NCBI GenBank assembly: GCA_045636945.1
Contig: JAZTYO010000023.1
Location: 14,485-78,484 of the forward strand
Origin: Acutalibacteraceae bacterium
Lineage (GTDB): Bacteria; Bacillota; Clostridia; Oscillospirales; Acutalibacteraceae
Length of the DNA: 64,000 nt
Direction: 5' to 3'
The translations under genes and the position numbers were made by a program. This document shows, one piece after another, positions 28,148 through 37,969 of this stretch; positions within the stretch are counted from its first letter, which is position 1; the number at the start of each line of letters is the position of its first letter. The notes under the pieces were generated by a model. The model was given only the letters and a program-made list of their open reading frames with translations. It was not told the origin of the DNA and ran no database searches.

Positions 28148-28666
28148 TTAAAGTTTTATCTTTACGTTGTAGGAAGCGAATTTCTTTACACCCTCCAAGA
28201 ACTGTTCATTAGGGGTTATAACGAGATAATAATATCCGTTTTTGGGGTGCTTAATTTTAAATGCCAAGGCTGTTTCATCGGGAGTGCAACCAAAATATAC
28301 ATTGATGTTGCGTGTTTTGTCGGTAATATGCTTGTTGGGGTTGTATTTTTCAACATCCTCAATATCAGCGCAGGTGAAAGATGCCATTCTGACTCTTTTT
28401 TTCTTGTTTATAATTCGGTCAATATCAATATCACGGTTGGTTATTATGTATTCAAATTCGTTGTTCAACTGACCGCAAAGATAAAATGGGACAAAAACTG
28501 CTGCAGCAGCAATCAGAAGGGTAATAAAAGCAAGAGAAGGATTGAGCAACGACAAAGCAATCAGACCAAGTGCCAAAAGTATGCATATCGTCCAGATTGC
28601 GACCTTCAAAACCTTTACCTTTGCTCCATTTTTAATAACGACTAATTGTTCAATAAAAGTGTCCAT
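28148..28666 (-). CDS. hypothetical membrane protein (two TM helices plus a soluble C-terminal domain)
   Basis: 172-aa ORF with a GAGGT RBS. The hydrophobic hairpin is at residues ~22-65. No motif recognised. Confidence 0.5.
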   Translation of the reverse strand: MDTFIEQLVVIKNGAKVKVLKVAIWTICILLALGLIALSLLNPSLAFITLLIAAAAVFVPFYLCGQLNNEFEYIITNRDIDIDRIINKKKRVRMASFTCADIEDVEKYNPNKHITDKTRNINVYFGCTPDETALAFKIKHPKNGYYYLVITPNEQFLEGVKKFASYNVKIKL

Positions 28667-28751
28667 TTGTATAACCTCGAAGTTGTAATTTACTGTATTA
28701 TATCATTATCTAAGCGTTAAATCAAGCAAAACTACGCTTTGACGTATTATC

Positions 28752-29603
28752 TTAATTCTTGATATATTTTTTGCTGAGCAGTGCCGATTCAGCATCTTTG
28801 ATAGCCCTTACAGCAGCTTTGTTACTGTGCATAACAATGTAGGTGTATATCGCATCGAAAATAGCGAGCTGTGCAATACGCGAACTCATTGCAAGGATCG
28901 AGTATTTCGTTTCATCCGAACGTGTGTTTAAAACAATATCGGAATGCTCGTTTATCGGGCTTTCGCCAAAGTTGGTAATACATATTGTTGTGGCGCCGGC
29001 TTCACGTGCAGTTTTTAAAGCATCAACAACGTCGATTGATGCACCCGAGTGCGAAACGCCGATAGCAACATCACCTTTGCGCAAGTGTGATGCGGCGATT
29101 GCCTGCATATGGCTGTCGCAGTAGGCAATTGCATCAAGCCCTGCACGTAAAAATTTGTGCTGTGCATCAACGGCGATTGAAGCCGAATTACCAAGACCGA
29201 ATATAACAATTCGACGTGCATCTTTAATGGTGTTGGCTGCTTTTTCGATTTCAGCGGGGGAGAGTACCGATTTCGTGTTTTCCAAAGCAACCGCTATATC
29301 ACGGATTCGTTTATTAAAAATATCGTAGCAACTGTCGTCCTGCTCAATGCCCAAAACACCGCCTTGTGCAGTATTGACCGATTCTTGTGCAATCTTGAGT
29401 TTTAACTCCTGATAACCCGAAAGACCGAGTCGTCGTGAGAAACGGACGATAGTTGCCTCACCGCATCCGCATTTTGTTGCAAGCTCATTTATTGAAAGAC
29501 CGATAATTTCTTGAAAATTTGCAATCAACCAATCGGCAATTTTGCGTTCGCTACTGCCCATTTCGGGGTATAAACGCTTGATTTTAAGCAGAATTGACTC
29601 CAT
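28752..29603 (-). CDS. MurR/RpiR family transcriptional regulator (HTH_6 + SIS)
   Basis: The N-terminal HTH has SINELATKCGCGEATIVRFSRRLGLSGYQELK. The SIS domain has IVIFGLGNSASIA and VAIGVSHSG. Divergent from the sugar locus. Confidence 0.88.
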   Translation of the reverse strand: MESILLKIKRLYPEMGSSERKIADWLIANFQEIIGLSINELATKCGCGEATIVRFSRRLGLSGYQELKLKIAQESVNTAQGGVLGIEQDDSCYDIFNKRIRDIAVALENTKSVLSPAEIEKAANTIKDARRIVIFGLGNSASIAVDAQHKFLRAGLDAIAYCDSHMQAIAASHLRKGDVAIGVSHSGASIDVVDALKTAREAGATTICITNFGESPINEHSDIVLNTRSDETKYSILAMSSRIAQLAIFDAIYTYIVMHSNKAAVRAIKDAESALLSKKYIKN

Positions 29604-29690
29604 ATCGCACCTCTTACTGAAATTTTACTCCATTTTAACGCAAAACGACAAAAAAATCAAGAGATTTTGAAAAAATATTTCGAAAAAGTG

Positions 29691-29719
29691 TTGCATTTTT
29701 AATTACAGTATGTTAATAT
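29691..29719 (+). promoter_or_regulatory. putative sigma-A promoter of the sugar/redox locus
   Basis: TTGCAT, 17-nt spacer, TAATAT, 57 nt upstream of the first gene. Confidence 0.35.
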
Positions 29720-29775
29720 AAAATAGCAAATTTAGGGGCTTTAGCAACCCCAAATAAAAAATAGGAGATGATCCG

Positions 29776-31206
29776 ATGGTTTGTAATGAGTTTTTGACAG
29801 ACATTATCCTTACCGAATTGGAAGATGCTGTCGGCAGAGAGAACTGTTCAACAAGAGAGATCGATAAGATTACTCACGGTGTTGACTTCTTCTGGTTGTC
29901 CAGAATGTGGGCTGATCGCGGTAGACGTATGCCCGAGGCTGACTTTATTGTATCCCCCAAGGATGCTGAAGAGACCTCAAAGGTTTTGAAGATCGCCAAC
30001 TACTACAAGATTCCCGTTACCACATGGGGTGGCGGCGGCGGTTCACAGGGTGGTGCTATTCCTGTCGCAGGTGGTATTATTCTCGATACCAAGAGAATGA
30101 ATAAGATTTACGAAGTAAACACTGATGCTATGTACATTGAGTGCGGCACTGGTGCTATTTACAAGCATATTGAATGGGCTGCAAATGAAGTTGGCAAGGC
30201 TACTATGCACTATCCTTCTTCGCTCACATGCTCTACTGTTGGTGGCTTTTTGGCCCACCGTGGTATTGGTGTTGTTTCTAACAAGTACGGTAAAATTGAT
30301 GATATGGTGCTTCAGATGGAGGTTGTTCTTCCTAACGGTGATATTATCAACACTTCCGCTACACCTAAGCACGCAGTAGGTCCCGATCTTAACCAGATTT
30401 TCATCGGTTCTGAAGGAACTTTGGGTGTTATCACCAAGGCACAGCTTCGTATTTATGACCAGCCTGAAGAGAGAAGATTCAGAGGCTTCCTTTTCCAGGA
30501 TATGCACGGTGCATTTGTGGCTTCACGTGAGCTTTTACAGAAGTTCAAGCCTTCTGTTATGCGTCTTTATGACGAGGCTGAAACTGCTTCTCTCATCAAG
30601 AAGATTGTTGGTGTTGAGAAAAAGGGCGCTTTCATGAACATTGCTTATGAAGGTGTTAAGGAAATGGTTGAGATTGAAGAGAAGATCCTTCTTGAAACCT
30701 TCGCAAAGTACGGTGCTGAGGATCTCGGTTCTGAATACGGCGAGAAGTGGTGGAAAGAGAAGATCACCTTCTTCTATCCCGGTCATATGATGGATCTTCC
30801 TCAGATGTTCGGTACCATGGATACCATCGCTACATACGATAAGATTGAAAAGATTTACTGGGCAATGAAGAATGCTATTGAAAGCAAGTATCCTTTTGCT
30901 AAGTTTATTGCTCACTTCTCTCACTGGTATGAGTGGGGCTGCATGATGTACGACCGCTTTATCATTGATGGTGAATATGTTCCGGAAGATCCTACTGAGG
31001 CTTTGAAGCTCCATCAGGAAGTCTGGACTACCGGTATTCGTGCTGCACTTGCTAACGGCGGTGTTGTTAACGACCACCACGGTGTTGGTATCAAGCTCGG
31101 CAGATTTGTTCACGAGCAGTATGGTCCCGCAATGCAGGTACTTGAAGGCATTAAGAAACAGCTTGACCCGAACGGTATCATGAATCCGTTCAAGCTCGGT
31201 CTCTAA
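29776..31206 (+). CDS. FAD-binding oxidoreductase, VAO/GlcD superfamily (alkyl-DHAP-synthase-like)
   Basis: 476 aa. FAD_binding_4 features (PKDAEETSKVLKIANYYKIPVTTWGGGGGSQGG, GSEGTLGVITKAQL). C-terminal DHHGVGIKLGRF...LDPNGIMNPFKL is typical of FAD-linked oxidases. Confidence 0.8.
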   Translation: MVCNEFLTDIILTELEDAVGRENCSTREIDKITHGVDFFWLSRMWADRGRRMPEADFIVSPKDAEETSKVLKIANYYKIPVTTWGGGGGSQGGAIPVAGGIILDTKRMNKIYEVNTDAMYIECGTGAIYKHIEWAANEVGKATMHYPSSLTCSTVGGFLAHRGIGVVSNKYGKIDDMVLQMEVVLPNGDIINTSATPKHAVGPDLNQIFIGSEGTLGVITKAQLRIYDQPEERRFRGFLFQDMHGAFVASRELLQKFKPSVMRLYDEAETASLIKKIVGVEKKGAFMNIAYEGVKEMVEIEEKILLETFAKYGAEDLGSEYGEKWWKEKITFFYPGHMMDLPQMFGTMDTIATYDKIEKIYWAMKNAIESKYPFAKFIAHFSHWYEWGCMMYDRFIIDGEYVPEDPTEALKLHQEVWTTGIRAALANGGVVNDHHGVGIKLGRFVHEQYGPAMQVLEGIKKQLDPNGIMNPFKLGL

Positions 31207-31231
31207 TATCGATAGGGGAGGTAATTTAATT

Positions 31232-32323
31232 ATGTATATGTCTGAAAAAAGTAAGCAGATTATAGATGCTTGTCGTTTCTGCTGGATGTGTCGTCATATT
31301 TGCCCTGTCGGTAATGCAACAGGTCAGGAAAGAAATACTTCTCGTGCAAGAGCACTTGGCCTTTCTGTTGTAAACCGCGGTGCTGCAGAGCTTACCCCTG
31401 ACATCATGGACAACATCTATGAGTGCCAGATGTGTGAGGCTTGCACCTGCGACTGTGCAACCGGTTGGGATCCCACTTACTTCACTAAGGAAGTACGTCT
31501 TCAGGCTGCTCTTGAAGGCAAGACCCCCGATTACATCAACGCTATCGTAGATAAGGTTCTTGAAACCGGTAACATCTACGGTGTAAAGGAACTCGACGCT
31601 GACCTCGCAGCTGCTATCAAGGCACATGCTTTAGCAGAGGACACCGTTCTCTTCCTCGGCGCAGAGGCTCGTTACAACGTTCCTACTGCTGCTGTTAACG
31701 CTATCAAGGTTCTTGAGGCTGCAGGTGTTAAGTTCACAGTATTGGCTGACGAGCCTGCTTCTGGCTATGCTCTTGATTGGCTCATCGGCGCTGCTGACGA
31801 GACCAAGCAGCAGATGGCTGACTGTGCAGATGCTTTGGCTAAATTCAAGACCGTTATCGCTTTTGATCCTCAGGATGCAAAGGCATTTGTACGTGAGTAT
31901 AAGGAATATGACCTCAAGCTTGGTGCTGTTGTTACCTTCACTGCTTTTGTTGCAGGCCTTATCAAGAACGGCAAACTTGCAGTTAAGAACACCGGCAAGG
32001 CTGTTGTCTTCCAGGATCCTTATCAGCTCGCTCGTATGCTCGAGGAGACCGATGAGCCCAGAGCTATTGTTTCTGCTTGTGCAACCCTCAATGAGATGCT
32101 CCTCAACCGCAAGGATACCGTTTGGGCAGGTGGCTCTTTCATGGCTATCTATAATCCTCTCGTATCTGAGCTCGTTTCTAAGGAGCGTTGGACAAACGCT
32201 ATCAACGTAGGTGCAGACACTATCGTTACCGCAAGCGTTTCCGAGTATGTCGCATTGAAGGCTACTGCCCCCGAGGGCAAGACCGTTCTTTCTATCGAAG
32301 AGCTCGTTCTTTCCGCTCTTTAA
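31232..32323 (+). CDS. (Fe-S)-binding protein, 2x[4Fe-4S] ferredoxin-like N-terminus plus a Cys-poor GlcF/LutA-like C-terminal region
   Basis: CRFCWMCRHICP and CQMCEACTCDC cluster motifs lie in the first ~75 aa. The remaining ~285 aa contain only 2 Cys. Confidence 0.7.
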   Translation: MYMSEKSKQIIDACRFCWMCRHICPVGNATGQERNTSRARALGLSVVNRGAAELTPDIMDNIYECQMCEACTCDCATGWDPTYFTKEVRLQAALEGKTPDYINAIVDKVLETGNIYGVKELDADLAAAIKAHALAEDTVLFLGAEARYNVPTAAVNAIKVLEAAGVKFTVLADEPASGYALDWLIGAADETKQQMADCADALAKFKTVIAFDPQDAKAFVREYKEYDLKLGAVVTFTAFVAGLIKNGKLAVKNTGKAVVFQDPYQLARMLEETDEPRAIVSACATLNEMLLNRKDTVWAGGSFMAIYNPLVSELVSKERWTNAINVGADTIVTASVSEYVALKATAPEGKTVLSIEELVLSAL

Positions 32324-32346
32324 TTAAAATTTGAGGAGTGTAAACA

Positions 32347-33189
32347 ATGCTCGTTAATTTTAAACAGATTTTAACAATGGCTGAAGAAGGCGGATACTGT
32401 ATTCCTGCTTTCAATGTTTACAACCTTGAGACCCTTATGGGTGCTGTAAAGGCTGCAGAGGAGCTTAAGGCTCCCTGCATCCTCCAGGTATACCCTCGTC
32501 TCATGAAGGAAGAGGTAGGTTACTACCTTGCTCCTGCTGTTGTAGCAGCCGCACATAAAGCTTCAGTTCCTGTTTGTTTCCATCTTGACCACGGTCCTTC
32601 CGAGCTTGAAACAACCCGTTCACTTCGTTGGGGTGCTACCGGTATCATGCTTGACGGTTCGGCACTTTCTTTTGAAGAGAACATCGCTCTTACCAAGAGA
32701 GTTGTTGACACCTGCGGTTTCGTAGATGTTCAGGTTGAAGGTGAACTAGGACATGTCGGAACCGTAAACGACGATTCCATGGATGAGTTTACCATCCCTG
32801 AAGATGCTAAGACTTTTGTTGAGCGTACCGGTGTTCAAGCTCTTGCCGTTTTGGTAGGTAATGCACACGGCCGCTACAAGAAGCCTCCCAAGATCGACAT
32901 TCAGAGAATTGCCGACATCCGCAAGGCTACCAACGGTACTGCTTTGGTTCTTCACGGCGGTTCGGGTATCCCCGATGAGGCAATTAAAGAGGCTGTTAAG
33001 GCAGGTATCAGAAAGCTTAACGTTGCTACCGATATTTGCTATGCATTCCTTGACAGTGTTCAGGAAGAGGTCAACAAGCCCGACCGTATGATCGCTGTTG
33101 ACAACTTTATGAAGACTCCTATCAATGCAGTTAAAGAATTCTGCATGACTAAAGTATTGCTCTGTGGAGCAGAAGGAAAGGCGAAATAA
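32347..33189 (+). CDS. class II ketose-bisphosphate aldolase (FBA_II family; IolJ/GatY/KbaY-like)
   Basis: 280 aa. IPAFNVYNLE, HLDHG, GELGHVG and LVLHGGSG motifs are the Zn-dependent class II aldolase signature. Confidence 0.85.
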   Translation: MLVNFKQILTMAEEGGYCIPAFNVYNLETLMGAVKAAEELKAPCILQVYPRLMKEEVGYYLAPAVVAAAHKASVPVCFHLDHGPSELETTRSLRWGATGIMLDGSALSFEENIALTKRVVDTCGFVDVQVEGELGHVGTVNDDSMDEFTIPEDAKTFVERTGVQALAVLVGNAHGRYKKPPKIDIQRIADIRKATNGTALVLHGGSGIPDEAIKEAVKAGIRKLNVATDICYAFLDSVQEEVNKPDRMIAVDNFMKTPINAVKEFCMTKVLLCGAEGKAK

Positions 33190-34100
33190 TGAGTAAAGTA
33201 GTTGGAATTGGAGCCTGTGTGCTCGATACATTGATTACAATACCCAACTTTCCTCCTGAAGATACAAAGCTTCGTGCAACTTCAACTAAATTAGTCGGTG
33301 GCGGTCCTACCGCCACTGGTATCGTTGCCGTTTCTAAACTCGGAATTTCCTCCGAGTTTTTAGGCAATTTATCGGATGATTCGAGCGGTGCATACCTTAA
33401 GTGTGACTTTGAGAAGTATGGCGTTGGCACCGATAATATCAAGATGATTCCCGGCTACCGTGCATTTACCTCCTGCATCTGGCTCAATGCCGCTGAAGGC
33501 ACTCGTACCTGTGTTTTCGACAAGGGTGATTTGCCTGCTTTGGTGCTTGATGAAGGTCAGATTGAGGCTATCAAGAACGCAGACGTTCTTATGGTTGACG
33601 GTAATGAAATGGCTGCCGCTGTTGAGGCTGCAAAGATTGCTAAAGTGAACGGAACTAAGGTTCTTTATGACTGCGGCGGTCTTTACGAGGGTGTTGACAA
33701 GCTTTTGGCTTTGACCGATATTATGATTCCTTCCGAGGAGTTCGCAATGGGTCATACCGGTGAGAAAGACGCTGCATCTGCTGCTAAAAAGCTTTATGAA
33801 TTGTATCATCCTGAATATGTAGTTGTTACCCGCGGTAAGCACGGTGGCTTGCTCTTTGACGGTAATACTGTTACCGAGTATCCCATCTATCCTGCCGACG
33901 TTGTTGACTCTAACGGCTCGGGTGATGTTTTCCACGGCGCATTTGCTTCGGCTGTTGTCCGCGGATATACTCCCATTCAGTGTTGCCACTTCTCAAGCTG
34001 TGTATCGGCTTTGAAGTGTATGGGGGTCGGTGCTCGTGAAAGTGTTCCGAGCTTTGAGGCAACCATTGAATATTTAAGGAGGAACGGTTATGAACTTTAA
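33189..34100 (+). CDS. PfkB-family carbohydrate kinase
   Basis: 303 aa. N-terminal VVGIGACVLD, GGGPTATG, and C-terminal DSNGSGDVFHGAF (PfkB signature 2). Its ATG overlaps the aldolase TAA. Confidence 0.85.
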   Translation: MSKVVGIGACVLDTLITIPNFPPEDTKLRATSTKLVGGGPTATGIVAVSKLGISSEFLGNLSDDSSGAYLKCDFEKYGVGTDNIKMIPGYRAFTSCIWLNAAEGTRTCVFDKGDLPALVLDEGQIEAIKNADVLMVDGNEMAAAVEAAKIAKVNGTKVLYDCGGLYEGVDKLLALTDIMIPSEEFAMGHTGEKDAASAAKKLYELYHPEYVVVTRGKHGGLLFDGNTVTEYPIYPADVVDSNGSGDVFHGAFASAVVRGYTPIQCCHFSSCVSALKCMGVGARESVPSFEATIEYLRRNGYEL

Positions 34101-34881
34101 GAAAGCTTATAAGCCGACTATCGGCTATACCCCTATCTGCAAGATAGGTGAGTGCTCTTTGAAGAAGCTCGAGTTCGGTATTATCGAACTCAATGCAGGC
34201 GATAAAATTGATTATTCTACCGGTGATAAGGAAACTGCTTTTATCATGCTTGAGGGTCACTGTAACGTTTATTTCGGTGACGAGAAGTATGAGAACGTCG
34301 GTAACAGAAACACTGTTTTTGAAAACCGCAAGGCAGAGAGCTTCTATATGCCTATTGAGATGGATTTGACCATCGAGGCTATCGACCATATTAAGATTGT
34401 TGTTTCGGGTACTCCCGTAACCGAAAAGACCGAGCCTCAGTTACTCCGTGAGGATCACGTAGTATTGAAGGTTCTTGGTGAGCAGCCTTTCGAGAGAGAA
34501 ACCAGCTTTATTATTGACGGTAACTCTAACGCAAAGGTTCTTACCATTGGTGAGTGCTATGTTACCAAGGGTAACTGGGCAGGATTCCCTCCCCATAAGC
34601 ACGATGAAAACAATATGCCCGTTGAGTGCATTTGCGAGGAAATCTATTACTTCCTCTATAATCCTAAACAGGGCTTCGGTGTACAGTGCCTGTACACTGC
34701 CGACGGTTCTATCGACGAGGCTTACCGTGTAAAGAACGATGAGCTTGTTGAGTTCCCGTACGGTTATCACTCCACTGTTTCTACTCCCGGTTATGAGACC
34801 TACTTTTTGTGGCTTATGGCTGGTGATTATCAGGGCTTCAACCGTAGTAACGACCCTGAGCATCAGTGGATTGTTGACTAA
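34090..34881 (+). CDS. KduI/IolB-family cupin isomerase (5-deoxy-glucuronate isomerase-like)
   Basis: 263 aa. PPHKHDENNMPVECICEEIYYF...GYHSTVSTPGYETYFLWLMAG matches the IolB/KduI metal-site and C-terminal pattern. Overlaps the kinase gene by 11 nt. Confidence 0.72.
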   Translation: MNFKKAYKPTIGYTPICKIGECSLKKLEFGIIELNAGDKIDYSTGDKETAFIMLEGHCNVYFGDEKYENVGNRNTVFENRKAESFYMPIEMDLTIEAIDHIKIVVSGTPVTEKTEPQLLREDHVVLKVLGEQPFERETSFIIDGNSNAKVLTIGECYVTKGNWAGFPPHKHDENNMPVECICEEIYYFLYNPKQGFGVQCLYTADGSIDEAYRVKNDELVEFPYGYHSTVSTPGYETYFLWLMAGDYQGFNRSNDPEHQWIVD

Positions 34882-34894
34882 TTTTTCACATTTA

Positions 34895-34920
34895 GCCGAA
34901 GGGGATAAAACCCCTTCGGC
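34895..34920 (+). terminator. GC-rich intercistronic hairpin without a U-tract (partial terminator or processing/stabiliser element)
   Basis: gccgaagggg-ataaaa-ccccttcggc, a perfect 10-bp stem in the only real gap (88 nt) of the locus. Confidence 0.45.
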
Positions 34921-34969
34921 ACTTTGCTATACTTGAATAGTTCATTTTATTTAAAGGAGAAAATAATAT

Positions 34970-35827
34970 ATGGTTACTTTGAAAAACGGTAATTCCGTAT
35001 TGAAGATAAATGAAAAAGGCGCAGAAATGAAGAGCTTTCTTGTTAACGGCGTGGAATATCTTTGGATTGGCGATCCTACAATCTGGGCATCCAGCACACC
35101 CAACCTTTTTCCCATGACCGGTGGTTTCAGAGACGATAAGTACATTCTTAACGGCAAGGAATATATCATGCCCAAGCATGGATTTGCCAAGAATATGGAC
35201 TTTGAGGTTGAGTCCGAAACCGAAAACACCGCAACCTTCCTTTTGAAATCTACCGATGAGACCAAGGAAAGCTTCCCTTATGATTTTGAACTTCGCGTTT
35301 CGTATATTCTGACCGAGGGTAAAGTTAACGCAAGTTATTCGGTAAAGAATCTCAGTGATGACACCATGTGGTTCTCCATCGGTTCTCACGATGGATTTGC
35401 AACTCCTGAGGGCATTGAGGAGTATGATGTAATATTCCCTCAGAAGGAAACCTTGGACACATACATTCTCTTTGGCAATCTTTTGAGCCACGATACCACA
35501 CCTGTTATCAAGGATTCTGACAGAATTGCTTTGAATTATAACTATTTTGCAATCGATGCACTTGTTTTTAAGGATCTCAAGTCCAAGACCTGCCGTTTGC
35601 AGAATCGTAAAACCGGTCGCGGTGTTCAGCTTGATTTTCCTGGATGTCCCCGATTTGTTCTTTGGACTAAGCCCAACGCACCTTATCTTTGCGTTGAGCC
35701 TTGGTTTGGTCAGGCTGATAACGTTGATAGTGATTACGATATCACTCATAAAGAGGCTATTGAGTCGCTTGAAGCAGGTAAGACCTTCAACGCAACCCGT
35801 GTTATTACCGCTCTGGAGGGTAAATAA
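34970..35827 (+). CDS. aldose 1-epimerase family protein (LacX type)
   Basis: 285 aa. LFPMTGG, PKHGFAKN, FSIGSHDGF and CVEPW motifs of the LacX/YihR-like mutarotase fold. Confidence 0.8.
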   Translation: MVTLKNGNSVLKINEKGAEMKSFLVNGVEYLWIGDPTIWASSTPNLFPMTGGFRDDKYILNGKEYIMPKHGFAKNMDFEVESETENTATFLLKSTDETKESFPYDFELRVSYILTEGKVNASYSVKNLSDDTMWFSIGSHDGFATPEGIEEYDVIFPQKETLDTYILFGNLLSHDTTPVIKDSDRIALNYNYFAIDALVFKDLKSKTCRLQNRKTGRGVQLDFPGCPRFVLWTKPNAPYLCVEPWFGQADNVDSDYDITHKEAIESLEAGKTFNATRVITALEGK

Positions 35828-36478
35828 ATGTACGGCAATATAGTTAAAAAGAATCCTCATTTGAAGATTTACCGTACTTCAGACCCCGAGTTCGTGCCTT
35901 TCGGCTACCGTATAACCGATATTGATGCCATACAGTTTATTGAGGCTTCTATGAAAGCTGACAAGGTAGAAACGGGCTCTCTGTATGTTGCCGAGGCTGA
36001 TTATTTCAAAGACCTTGCTGCTACAAAGGACGTTGAAATTAAATATTTCGGTGAGCTTCCTGCACAGGCAGGTTATTGCTACGGTTATAGTTCTTTCCTT
36101 AACGCTGTTGAGTGGCACAAGAGCAGCGAAATCAACGTTGCTACCACCGACCTTATTCTTTTCTTAGGCTCGGTGCAGGATATTGTCGACCGCAAGATTG
36201 ATTCTTCCAAAATTAAGGCTTTTTACGTCGAAAAAGGTGAGGTTTTGGAGGTTTATGCAACCACATTGCACTTCTGTCCTTGCCAGGTTTCTGAGGAAGG
36301 CTTTGGTTGTGTTGTTGTTCTCCCCAAAGGTACTAATGTACCGCTTGACGGCGAATATGAGGATAAGCTGATGTTCAGAAAGAACAAGTGGATTCTTTCT
36401 CACGTTGATAACGAAAGCCTTATTGCACGCGGAGTTATCCCCGGTGTAACAGGCGAAAACTACGAAGTAAAGTTCTGA
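35828..36478 (+). CDS. hypothetical protein, possibly DUF4867 (cupin/ureidoglycolate-lyase-like fold)
   Basis: 216 aa. The start abuts the epimerase stop (TAAATG). The family name is recalled from size and context only. Confidence 0.45.
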   Translation: MYGNIVKKNPHLKIYRTSDPEFVPFGYRITDIDAIQFIEASMKADKVETGSLYVAEADYFKDLAATKDVEIKYFGELPAQAGYCYGYSSFLNAVEWHKSSEINVATTDLILFLGSVQDIVDRKIDSSKIKAFYVEKGEVLEVYATTLHFCPCQVSEEGFGCVVVLPKGTNVPLDGEYEDKLMFRKNKWILSHVDNESLIARGVIPGVTGENYEVKF

Positions 36479-36493
36479 TTTTAGGAGATACAA

Positions 36494-37969
36494 ATGAAAT
36501 ACTTATTGGGAATTGATTTCGGAGGCGGTGCTTCCAAAGCAACCCTCATTGATACCGAGGGTACCATCGTTGCTGAGCATTCAGTTGAATATCCTACTCT
36601 TCATCCGAATTCCGGTTGGTGTGAGCAAAGACCCGACGATTGGTACAATGCCCTTTGTGAGGACACCAAGGAATTATTGAAAAAAAGTGGTGTAGATGCC
36701 GCTGACATTCTGGCAGTTGCTATTGACTCGGCTACTCATACTGCTGTTTTGTGCGACAAGGATGCAAAGCCTTTGCGCAATGCAATTCATTGGACCGATA
36801 CAAGAAGTGTTAAGCAGGCAAATGATTTAAAGGCTTCGGATGAGGCTTATATTGAAGAAAAAACCTTTGCAAAGCCCGGTACTATCTGGACTTTGCCTCA
36901 GATTGTTTGGGTCAGAGAAAACGAGCCTGAGGTTTTCAATAAAATCGGCAAGATTTTCTTTGAAAAAGACTATTTGCGTTATATGTTGACCGACGTATAT
37001 TGCACCGATTTTATCGAGGCGCAGGGAAGTATGCTCTTTGATAATGAAGCAATGTGTTGGGATGATAAGCTGTGTGCTTTGGCAGGCATTGATATGGCAA
37101 TTATGCCTCCTATTGTTAAGCCTACCGACGTTATCGGAAAAATCACCGAAAAGGCTGCATCTGAAACAGGTCTTTGCGAGGGTACTCTTGTAATCTGTGG
37201 TACTACCGATACCGTTATGGAGGTTTTTGCTTCGGGTGCTGTTGAAAAGGGACAAATGACCGTAAAATTGGCTACTGCAGGCCGTATTTGTGTCATTACC
37301 GATAAGGCATATCCTCATCCTTATCTTATCAACTATGCTCATATCGTTGACGGTATGTGGTATCCCGGTACTGCAACCAAGGCCGCCGCATCGTCCTACC
37401 GTTGGTATCGTGATACCTTTGGCGGTGATTATAAGGAGCTTGATCAGGGTGCTGCCGAGTGCCCGATGGGTGCAGACGGTTTGATGTTCCACCCCTATAT
37501 CAACGGTGAGTTGACTCCTTATGCCGATCCTATGCTTTGCGGTAGCTTTATCGGTATCCGTGCAGAGCATACTAAGGCCCACTTTACCCGTGCGGTTTTG
37601 GAAGGTGTTTCGTTGTCACTGCTTGACAATATGTTGGCTTTGAATGAGCTTAACATTTCCCACGACAATTATGCTACCCTTATCGGCGGCGGAGCAAAGG
37701 GTACTTTGTGGCGACAGATTACTGCCGATATGCTCGGAATCACCCTTAAGATTACCGAAAGCTCGGATTCTTCCTTGGGTTCGGCTATGCTTGCAGGCGT
37801 TGCGGTTGGTGTGTTCAAGGATGCCGTTGAGGCTGTTAAAAAGTGTATCAAGGTTAAAGCTACTGTTGAGCCTAACCCCGAGAATACTGCTAAATATGCT
37901 GAGATTTTCAAGACCTATAAGGCAGTTCACGATGCACTTGCACCGATTTACAGGGATAGAAATAAATGA
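36494..37969 (+). CDS. FGGY-family carbohydrate kinase (xylulokinase-like)
   Basis: 491 aa. N-terminal LGIDFGGGASKATL, HWTDTRS, and C-terminal GGGAKGTLWRQITADMLG (FGGY signature). Confidence 0.88.
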   Translation: MKYLLGIDFGGGASKATLIDTEGTIVAEHSVEYPTLHPNSGWCEQRPDDWYNALCEDTKELLKKSGVDAADILAVAIDSATHTAVLCDKDAKPLRNAIHWTDTRSVKQANDLKASDEAYIEEKTFAKPGTIWTLPQIVWVRENEPEVFNKIGKIFFEKDYLRYMLTDVYCTDFIEAQGSMLFDNEAMCWDDKLCALAGIDMAIMPPIVKPTDVIGKITEKAASETGLCEGTLVICGTTDTVMEVFASGAVEKGQMTVKLATAGRICVITDKAYPHPYLINYAHIVDGMWYPGTATKAAASSYRWYRDTFGGDYKELDQGAAECPMGADGLMFHPYINGELTPYADPMLCGSFIGIRAEHTKAHFTRAVLEGVSLSLLDNMLALNELNISHDNYATLIGGGAKGTLWRQITADMLGITLKITESSDSSLGSAMLAGVAVGVFKDAVEAVKKCIKVKATVEPNPENTAKYAEIFKTYKAVHDALAPIYRDRNK

